Below are positions 57,076 through 64,000 of a stretch of 64,000 nucleotides of DNA, one piece after another. Position 1 is the stretch's first letter; each line of letters opens with the position of its first letter. Below the pieces are notes generated by a model. It was given only the letters and a program-made list of their open reading frames with translations, did no database searches and was not told where the DNA came from. The position numbers and the translations under genes are program-made. This DNA is from an uncultured Verrucomicrobiales bacterium (GTDB lineage: Bacteria > Verrucomicrobiota > Verrucomicrobiia > Verrucomicrobiales > Akkermansiaceae), in contig CALFVF010000008.1 in assembly GCA_937928735.1 (NCBI GenBank), forward strand, positions 1,971-65,970, in the 5' to 3' direction.

Positions 57076-57675
57076 ATGTGGAAGTTTATTTCTCTTCTCG
57101 TCTTTTCGATATTGCTCATTAGCACCCGCTTGCTGGGGTCTAGTGACTCTTGGTGGCTCTATAATGTGTCGCCCTTTATCGCCTTATTTTTCTGCGGTTC
57201 TTTTTATAAAGAACGCAGTACTTGGCTATTGCCGCTGGTAGCTGTGGTCTGGGTACTGACAAACCCCATTTCCTCGATGATGCAGGGATTTAGTCCATGG
57301 CACACTAGCTTGTGGGTTACACTATTGGCCTTTACGGTGATCGTGTGTTCTGCAAGCGCCTTCAGAAAGACATTTGGCACGCCTAAAAGTGCTGGTGTGA
57401 TGCTGCTGTGTGCCACTCTGGCTGCCTGCTGGTTCTACTTTCTGACCAACAGCGCGAGCTTTTTTCTCAGTTCTAGCTACGCGAAGACTTGGCAAGGCTA
57501 CACGCAGGCGATGTGGTTTGGTCTGCCAGAGTTCCAAGTGCCAACTTGGGTGTTTTTTCGCAATTCACTCTGTTCGACTGTGAGTGTCTCCATGTTATTT
57601 TACTGGGCGATGCAGCCTGTCAGAACTAAGCAGAAAGAAGAGATCAGACTTGCCAGTGTGCCTGAGAAGCGCTAG
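57076..57675 (+). CDS. DUF6580-like membrane transport protein
   Basis: N.SP..A..LF.G, FFLTN, Y.KT..G..QA...GLP, FFRNS. Confidence 0.65.
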   Translation: MWKFISLLVFSILLISTRLLGSSDSWWLYNVSPFIALFFCGSFYKERSTWLLPLVAVVWVLTNPISSMMQGFSPWHTSLWVTLLAFTVIVCSASAFRKTFGTPKSAGVMLLCATLAACWFYFLTNSASFFLSSSYAKTWQGYTQAMWFGLPEFQVPTWVFFRNSLCSTVSVSMLFYWAMQPVRTKQKEEIRLASVPEKR

Positions 57676-57746
57676 ATGCAGATCCCCTAATAATAGACAG
57701 AGAGTAGACTAAGTGGTTTTGTAGAAAACCAAAGAATTGAACCATT

Positions 57747-58817
57747 ATGGAAGCGACAACTTCACAAGATTATTCGCAAGCACCGATCAATCAGCAGTTA
57801 AGTGCTGAGGATAAGATAAACCTGTATCGTAGCATGGCGCGTATCCGCCGCTTTGAGCAAGAGTCTCTCAAGCGCTATCAAGGCGGTCAGATGGGTGGAT
57901 TCCTCCACCTCTATATTGGACAAGAGTCTGTCGCTGTAGGCACTCTCTCTCTCTGTGGGCCACATGATCACGCTATTACCGCGTATCGTTGTCACGGACA
58001 TGCTCTGGCGAGTGGCATGTCGATGAAAGAATGCATGGCAGAGCTCTATGGTCGCATTGATGGATGCTCGCGCGGTAAGGGGGGCTCGATGCACTTTTTT
58101 GCGCCAGATAAGAATTTCTGGGGAGGCCACGGTATTGTCGGTGGTCAGACACCACTCGGACTTGGTCTTGCCTATGGGGTGAAATACCTCGGCCTGGAAG
58201 GTGCCTGTTTCTGCTATTTAGGAGATGGAGCAATTAACCAGGGAGCGTTTCATGAATCTCTCAATATTGCTGAACTTTTTGATATTCCAGTGATCTATGT
58301 GATTGAGAATAATGGCTACTCCATGGGGACTAGTCAGGTGCGCTCCTCAGCATTTAAGGAGACACTCGCTCGCCGTGCTGAAGCTTACGACATGGAGTGG
58401 GATGTGGTGAATGGAGAAGACATTTACGAAGTTCGTGCGAAATGCCATGTTGCTTTAGAGCGAGCGCATAAGGAGAAAAAACCGACACTGCTCGAGTTAA
58501 ATACCTACCGCTACTATGGACACTCAGTGGCCGATGCGAATGCGAAGAAGTACCGCTCTCCTGAGGAAGTGGCAGACTACAAGAAGAATCACGATCCGCT
58601 AAATTTGTGGAAAACGCGTCTGCTCGCAGAGGGGGTTTTGAGTGAGGAAATAGCCAAGGAGATCAATAAAGAAGTGAGGCAAGAAGTGCTTGATGCAGTC
58701 GCCTTTGCTGAGGCTTCACCAACTCCGGGGGTCGAGACCATCACAGAGGATGTCTACTGGGAGGTGGATAACAATACAGAAGCTGGGAACACAGGACGCC
58801 ACTTCTTTAATGATTAA
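57747..58817 (+). CDS. pdhA: Pyruvate dehydrogenase E1 alpha
   Basis: GFLHLYIGQE, YRCHG, GKGGSMH, GDGA.NQG, YRYYGHS. Confidence 0.93.
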   Translation: MEATTSQDYSQAPINQQLSAEDKINLYRSMARIRRFEQESLKRYQGGQMGGFLHLYIGQESVAVGTLSLCGPHDHAITAYRCHGHALASGMSMKECMAELYGRIDGCSRGKGGSMHFFAPDKNFWGGHGIVGGQTPLGLGLAYGVKYLGLEGACFCYLGDGAINQGAFHESLNIAELFDIPVIYVIENNGYSMGTSQVRSSAFKETLARRAEAYDMEWDVVNGEDIYEVRAKCHVALERAHKEKKPTLLELNTYRYYGHSVADANAKKYRSPEEVADYKKNHDPLNLWKTRLLAEGVLSEEIAKEINKEVRQEVLDAVAFAEASPTPGVETITEDVYWEVDNNTEAGNTGRHFFND

Positions 58818-58840
58818 TTTTTAACGCGCTAGATCTAGAT

Positions 58841-59827
58841 ATGAGAACTTTACTATATCGTCACGCTCTGCGTGAGGCTTTTGATGAAGAATTAGAGCGG
58901 GATGACAATGTCGTCCTGATGGGGGAGGAAGTTGCCCAGTACAATGGAGCCTATAAGGTGACAGAAGGCCTCTGGCAGAAATGGGGAGACAAGCGAATCG
59001 TCGATACACCGATTTCAGAAGCTGGGTTCATTGGGATGGGTATCGGAGCTTCCATGCTCGGAGTGCGACCTGTGATGGAGCTGATGTTTTGGTCATTCCA
59101 TTCTGTGGCATTTGACCAGCTAGTGAATAATGCAGCCTGCATGCGCTACATGTCAGGGGGACTTGCGAACTGCCCAATTGTAGTGCGTGGCCCTGCCAAT
59201 GGTGGAACCAACGTGGGGGCGACTCACACGCACACGCCAGAGGGGCTCTTTGCCGCTTTCCCAGGACTTAAGGTTGTCTCACCGGCCACTCCTGCGGATG
59301 CGAAAGGCCTTATGAAATCAGCGATTCGTGATAATGACCCAGTCTATGTCATGGAGAATACCTTACTGTACGGAATGGAAGGCGAAGTTCCAGACCCGGC
59401 AGATGGTGATTTTGTCATTCCCCTTGGGAAAGCTGAGGTGAAGAAAGAAGGCACTGACATCAGTCTTATTGCACATGGTCGCTCGACTCTGATCGCTCTC
59501 GAAGCCGCAGAAATTCTTGCCGCTGAGCATGGGATCAATGCAGAAGTGGTTGACTTACGCTCGATTCGCCCGCTCGATGAGGAGACAATCATGCAGTCTG
59601 TGCGGAAAACTCACCGCGCAGTTCTTGTGGATGAGTCGAAGCCTTTCTGTGGAGTTTCCGCGCAGATCACAACAATGATCCAGGATCAATGCTTTGATGA
59701 TCTAGACGCACCCGTGAAGCGTGTCTGCACTGTGGACGCCCCTGGTATCTACGCGCCAGCACTCGAGGTGCCTCATCAGCTACCGACTGCGAAGCGAGTG
59801 GTTGAGCAAGTGCTCTCGATTCGCTAG
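58841..59827 (+). CDS. pdhB: Pyruvate dehydrogenase E1 beta
   Basis: MGEEV, DTPISEAGF, VRGPANG, EVVDLRSIRPLD. Confidence 0.93.
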   Translation: MRTLLYRHALREAFDEELERDDNVVLMGEEVAQYNGAYKVTEGLWQKWGDKRIVDTPISEAGFIGMGIGASMLGVRPVMELMFWSFHSVAFDQLVNNAACMRYMSGGLANCPIVVRGPANGGTNVGATHTHTPEGLFAAFPGLKVVSPATPADAKGLMKSAIRDNDPVYVMENTLLYGMEGEVPDPADGDFVIPLGKAEVKKEGTDISLIAHGRSTLIALEAAEILAAEHGINAEVVDLRSIRPLDEETIMQSVRKTHRAVLVDESKPFCGVSAQITTMIQDQCFDDLDAPVKRVCTVDAPGIYAPALEVPHQLPTAKRVVEQVLSIR

Positions 59828-59858
59828 TTCTACCAGTTAGTGTTTTGAGTTGGTATTA
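59828..59858. repeat. Solo inverted terminal repeat of the ERIC-like element
   Basis: TTCTACCAGTTAGTGTTTTGAGTTGGTATTA is the reverse complement of the element's left end. Confidence 0.75.
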
Positions 59859-59900
59859 GCTTTCAGCACTAGGCTTTGATCTATTCTCGAATACGTAACT

Positions 59901-59936
59901 CCTAGATTCTGCCTCTGATACAGGCGAGAATCTAGG
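59901..59936. terminator. Hairpin between pdhB and the convergent gene
   Basis: CCTAGATTCT-GCCT..AGGC-G-AGAATCTAGG. Confidence 0.5.
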
Positions 59937-59946
59937 GATGTTATTT

Positions 59947-60108
59947 TATACCAACTCAAAAAACTAACTGGTAGAATTCGCTAGATCTTTGACGAGATAC
60001 CATCGTTGTCACCCACCCGCAGATGCTCGCATCACCGATGGGTTCCGCCTTGATCTCCCACCAAATCTCTTCGTGCTTTCTACCTGTTAGTTTTTCTCAT
60101 TGGTATTA
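59947..60108. mobile_element. ERIC-like miniature inverted-repeat element, copy 3
   Basis: TATACCAA..TTGGTATTA; overlaps the 3' end of the minus-strand gene. Confidence 0.8.
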
Positions 60109-61024
60109 GAATAAGAAAATTTCGCACAGGCTTGTGCCAGAATGGCTTGAGATGTGTGGACTTCGAGTGAAGGCGGGCTGATACCCAGAGGTCTGAGGAT
60201 CTCCCTCCGTCCAGATTAATTGCCGTGTGAATGGGAAAGCCAGCGATGGATCGGCCAGCAAGAGTTTGGCTGAGTTCTGCTAGACTACAGGCACTGGTGA
60301 GGCCGAGGCACCAGTGGTGCTTGCCGTCCCAGGCGATGAAGCTTCTCACTCGTGCATTAGAAGTATTGAGCCCAGAGATAGGCTGCTTGTTTTCTGCAAG
60401 AAAGGGCCCTGTTTGTAGCCAATTTGAGTACTTAGAGCTCTCAATTTGGGAGAAATGCTGGCGGCGAATGATTTGAGAAGGAGCTGTGCGTGACCACAGG
60501 AGGTAGCCACTACCCAGAGAACTGGGGTTGTTATGCCCACGCTGCTTTCCTTGGCTTTTGAGACGACCTAGGGGAGATCCCTCAGGTGTGAAGAAACCAG
60601 CGTTGATCGCGGCGAGTGCAGAGTACTTCTGACCAACTTGTTTCGCGTCTGCGTACTGGGAGCCTGGGCCACGGGGCTGATCAATGAGGGAGAGATTATG
60701 GTTCCGGTCATCAAATTTCACTAGAGAGAAGCGAATACCCTCGATTTTTTTTTCTAGAAACTGGGTCTTTAGAGTCGGTTGGTTCTCTGTAGGTAGAGAG
60801 ACTAGGGGGGTGTTTTTGGGAGTCTGGGGTGAAAGAGTGGGGCGTGTTTGGTCTCTAGAACTGAGAGGTTTTCTATCGATAAGAGAAGAATTAGCGGTTT
60901 TGTTAGGAGTTGGGTGGGACAGGAGCTCAGGCATGGGTGCTATGGGAGGAGTACCCCGAGAAGGTGATGAGACTTGGCAGCTAGTGAGTGCCAGACTGAG
61001 TGTGAGTATCCAGATGAGTTTCAT
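60080..61024 (-). CDS. Phosphodiester glycosidase-family (NAGPA/DUF2233-like) lipoprotein
   Basis: LTSC lipobox, AAINAGFF, LQTGP.L, RSFIA, AINLDGGRS. Confidence 0.8.
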   Translation of the reverse strand: MKLIWILTLSLALTSCQVSSPSRGTPPIAPMPELLSHPTPNKTANSSLIDRKPLSSRDQTRPTLSPQTPKNTPLVSLPTENQPTLKTQFLEKKIEGIRFSLVKFDDRNHNLSLIDQPRGPGSQYADAKQVGQKYSALAAINAGFFTPEGSPLGRLKSQGKQRGHNNPSSLGSGYLLWSRTAPSQIIRRQHFSQIESSKYSNWLQTGPFLAENKQPISGLNTSNARVRSFIAWDGKHHWCLGLTSACSLAELSQTLAGRSIAGFPIHTAINLDGGRSSDLWVSARLHSKSTHLKPFWHKPVRNFLILIPMRKTNR

Positions 61025-61899
61025 GAGCTTTGTGATAGACCGTGGGTTGGAAAAGGCTCACCGAGTAGCCATTTTCTGAGAACCTCTTTATTCGCTGTGA
61101 GATTGCCAATGACTCTGTAGCGAGAGTGTTTGAGCGATCGCGCAGCCTCAGAGTCCTGATCAACAACTTCCTTCGGAAAGATGCCAGAGGCATGGATGAA
61201 GCGAAAGTCCTCTTCTGTGGTGACAACAAACGCGACATGATTATCTAAGCCAACGATGTGGATACCTGTGGGCAAGGAGCGAACGATGTCGACATAGCGC
61301 GAGTATTCCGTGCCGACTTTAATCAGCATGGCCTCGCGTGGCAGAAAGGTCGCAATGATTGTTTGCGAAGCTTGTTGTGCGAGAGGGATTCGATCCACTC
61401 GGAATCCCGCATCACGCAGAATGGTGGAGACATAGTAGCCACAGGCGATATGGCCCTCACCAGGAATGGTGGCTGTTCCATTGAAGTCCCATGGAGTGCC
61501 CAGCCAGCAGCGCATGAGCTCGGGAAGTGTTTGATTGAGTAGATCTTGCGCTTGCTCAAGGATTCTATCCTGTTCTTGGGGGTTACTTAGGGCGAGGTAC
61601 TGCTGAGAGAGTTCTTGCTGTTGGAGGCTGAGTTCTTCGAGCAGAGACTGATAGCGTGCGGGATCGGGCGTTTGTTGGGGAGTGGGACGACTAGGACTGG
61701 GAAACCAAGCTTGGAGAGCGCGCGAAATTCGCTGTGAATGCTTCTGCGGGTCGGAAGAGATTTGAAAAATGAGCACTAAGGCCAGTAGGGTGAGTGAGCT
61801 GACTGCGAGGACTAAGAGAGTGCGTGGTCTTGTAGCAGGGAGAGCTGCAGACTCTGCGTTTTCGTTTGATTTATTTGGGGATGTTCTACGCGCACTCAT
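61021..61899 (-). CDS. Membrane-anchored NlpC/P60-like papain-fold protein
   Basis: TM anchor, W.GTPWDF.G, IACGYYV, NHVAF, FIHAS (Cys-His-His). Confidence 0.6.
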   Translation of the reverse strand: MSARRTSPNKSNENAESAALPATRPRTLLVLAVSSLTLLALVLIFQISSDPQKHSQRISRALQAWFPSPSRPTPQQTPDPARYQSLLEELSLQQQELSQQYLALSNPQEQDRILEQAQDLLNQTLPELMRCWLGTPWDFNGTATIPGEGHIACGYYVSTILRDAGFRVDRIPLAQQASQTIIATFLPREAMLIKVGTEYSRYVDIVRSLPTGIHIVGLDNHVAFVVTTEEDFRFIHASGIFPKEVVDQDSEAARSLKHSRYRVIGNLTANKEVLRKWLLGEPFPTHGLSQSS

Positions 61900-62051
61900 C
61901 GCTGAAAAGGGATGTTGAAAGGTCGAGAAGCGAGATCAAAGAGAAAAATAAGATTTCATCAAAAAGGCCTTATGGGTGGCAGCCTATGGAAATCACCCTT
62001 TAAACAGCTCTCGTGACTTGCAGTGTTTCGTTCTCAGGCTAGGGTTAGCGC

Positions 62052-64000
62052 GTGGCAAAACTTGATCAAACTATCCGTATTGTAGGGGCGAGACAGCATA
62101 ATTTAAAAAACTTTGATCTCGAGCTGCCTCTCAATGAGCTCACCGTGATCACAGGCCCCTCGGGATCTGGGAAATCATCACTCGCATTTCACACGCTCTA
62201 TGCAGAAGGTCAGCGCCGCTATGTGGAAACATTTTCTCCCTACGTGCGCCAGTTTCTCGATCGCATGGATAAGCCCGCTGTGGATCGAATCGATGGTATT
62301 CCACCAGCGATTGCCGTGGAGCAGAAGAATGCCATTCGTACGACTCGCTCGACGGTCGGAACACTAACAGAACTGAATGATTACCTGAAAGTCATTTACC
62401 CGAATCTCGCGAAGGCATATGACCCTGAGACTGGTGAGGAAATTTCACCGGATACGGCACAAGATGTCTCTGCGCAGTATCTTCGTGATAGCGAGGGTGA
62501 GGCGCTGCTAGTTCTCTTTCCTCTAAAAGGGCCCACCGAGGGAGATCTTGAGCCTTTTTTAGAGTTTTTGAACCAACAGGGCTATATGCGCCTGTGGGTG
62601 GATGGTGAAATCGTGCGAACAGACGAGCCAGGGACTCTCACTCGCTTACCAGAACCATTACTAGTGATTCAGGATAGAATGACAGTGAGCACGAGGAATC
62701 GCTCACGACTCAATGAAGCACTAGAAGCCGCCTTTCAGTTAGGCAAGGGGACGTGCTATGTCCATAGTCAGGAGACTCTGAAAGAATACAGCACGCTCTG
62801 GAAGAACCCTAGCACAGGACTAGAGCTGAGAGCGCCGAGCTCGGCGATGTTTTCCTTTAATTCACCCCTTGGTGCCTGTGAGCACTGCCGAGGCTTTGGC
62901 CGAGTGATCGGTATCGATCTCTGGAAAGCGATTCCCAATCAGACCATTAGCCTCAGAGACGGTTGTGTGAAGCCGTTCCAGACCTCTCGTGGAGAGGAAT
63001 GTCAAGATGACTTGATTCGCCTTGCTGGAGAGGTGGGAGTGGACATCGACTGCGCATTTGAAGATCTCGATGAAGAGGCACAGGACTGGGTGCTCTACGG
63101 AGACCGAGGAGAAGAGGAGGAGACTTGGCCCGCTGAGAGTTGGTATGGGGTGAAAGGCTTCTTTGATTGGTTAGAAACGAAGGCCTACAAGATGCATGTT
63201 AGAGTGTTTTTGAGTCGCTATAGAGCCTACACAGCCTGTCCGGAGTGTCAGGGGAAGCGCCTAAAGTCAGATGCATTATGCTTTAAGATTGATCAGAAAG
63301 CACTCCCTGATCTGTGGCAAATGCCCGTGGTGGAATTGTTAGAATGGGTGAAAGGTATCCAGCCCACAGAAAAAAAAGAAGAAGAGGGTCTAGGGAGTTC
63401 CACAAAGTTAGCCTTAGCTGAGATTCTCTCACGACTGAATTATTTGAATGAAGTCGGCCTAGGCTACCTGACACTGGATCGAGCAGCACGAACACTGAGT
63501 GGAGGTGAAATCGAGAGAGTGAACCTCACAACATGCCTTGGTGCTGACCTGACTAACACTCTTTTTGTTCTCGATGAGCCGACTGTAGGGCTGCATGCAC
63601 GTGACATTCACCGTCTAACTAAAGTGATGAAATCACTCCGGGATAAAGGAAACACTGTGGTGGTGGTGGAGCATGAAGAGGCAGTCATGCGCCAAGCAGA
63701 CCGTATTATTGATATGGGGCCCGCAGCGGGTGAGGCCGGTGGCGAGATCGTGGCGAACGTGAGTGCTCGCCAATTACGAACGAAGACAATACTCAAAAAA
63801 CACCCGAACTCAACGACCTTGCCTTATCTTGTCGGGGAGAAAAAGATCGCTCTACCTGCGAAACGCTCAAGGACAAAAGCACAGCTTAAGCTCAAAGGAG
63901 CGCGGAAGCACAATATTAAAAAACTCGATGTCGAGATCCCGCTTGAGCTCTTTGTCTGTGTGACGGGTGTTTCAGGTTCTGGGAAGTCGACTCTTGCGCA
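62052..64000 (+). CDS. uvrA: Excinuclease ABC subunit A, runs off window
   Basis: Own translation from GTG 62052: GARQHNLKN, TGPSGSGKSSLAF, EGQRRYVE, LSGGE, LDEPTVGLH, VVEH, second GVSGSGKST. Confidence 0.95.
   Translation, partial: MAKLDQTIRIVGARQHNLKNFDLELPLNELTVITGPSGSGKSSLAFHTLYAEGQRRYVETFSPYVRQFLDRMDKPAVDRIDGIPPAIAVEQKNAIRTTRSTVGTLTELNDYLKVIYPNLAKAYDPETGEEISPDTAQDVSAQYLRDSEGEALLVLFPLKGPTEGDLEPFLEFLNQQGYMRLWVDGEIVRTDEPGTLTRLPEPLLVIQDRMTVSTRNRSRLNEALEAAFQLGKGTCYVHSQETLKEYSTLWKNPSTGLELRAPSSAMFSFNSPLGACEHCRGFGRVIGIDLWKAIPNQTISLRDGCVKPFQTSRGEECQDDLIRLAGEVGVDIDCAFEDLDEEAQDWVLYGDRGEEEETWPAESWYGVKGFFDWLETKAYKMHVRVFLSRYRAYTACPECQGKRLKSDALCFKIDQKALPDLWQMPVVELLEWVKGIQPTEKKEEEGLGSSTKLALAEILSRLNYLNEVGLGYLTLDRAARTLSGGEIERVNLTTCLGADLTNTLFVLDEPTVGLHARDIHRLTKVMKSLRDKGNTVVVVEHEEAVMRQADRIIDMGPAAGEAGGEIVANVSARQLRTKTILKKHPNSTTLPYLVGEKKIALPAKRSRTKAQLKLKGARKHNIKKLDVEIPLELFVCVTGVSGSGKSTLA

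Noticed and set aside
57747-59827. pdhAB without E2/E3 genes
   Set aside because: Split pdh loci are common; not informative from one window.
198-63963. Numerous short ORFs overlapping or antisense to recognised genes
   Set aside because: Shadow frames of confidently assigned CDSs, with no motifs of their own.
62052-64000. Double-length PVC-type UvrA
   Set aside because: The gene runs off the window, so its length cannot be judged.

Overview
Bacterial chromosomal window that looks like Verrucomicrobiota (Verrucomicrobiales-like). This is inferred from PVC-type modules (DUF1549/DUF1553/DUF1501, haem-binding propeller proteins), a short extra sigma-70 and the r-protein gene order. It is mostly core genes: dnaX-ybaB, mutS-rsmC-xth, a truncated spc cluster rplE..secY-map, feoAB, rodA, pdxJ-acpS, fur, uvrB, pdhAB and a partial uvrA. 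Three tRNAs (Sec, Gln, Asn) each border accessory DNA. (1) A czcCB-like metal efflux locus, with a His/Cys-rich RPPP-ending leader gene, lies 3' of an irregular tRNA-Sec. (2) A compact signal peptide-Hint-toxin gene with a translationally coupled immunity candidate lies 3' of tRNA-Gln. (3) A decaying AT-rich integrase island lies 3' of tRNA-Asn. A ~160-bp ERIC-like miniature inverted-repeat element occurs three times, plus one solo end. No CRISPR array or rRNA was seen. Family assignments come from motif recognition by eye, not database searches.
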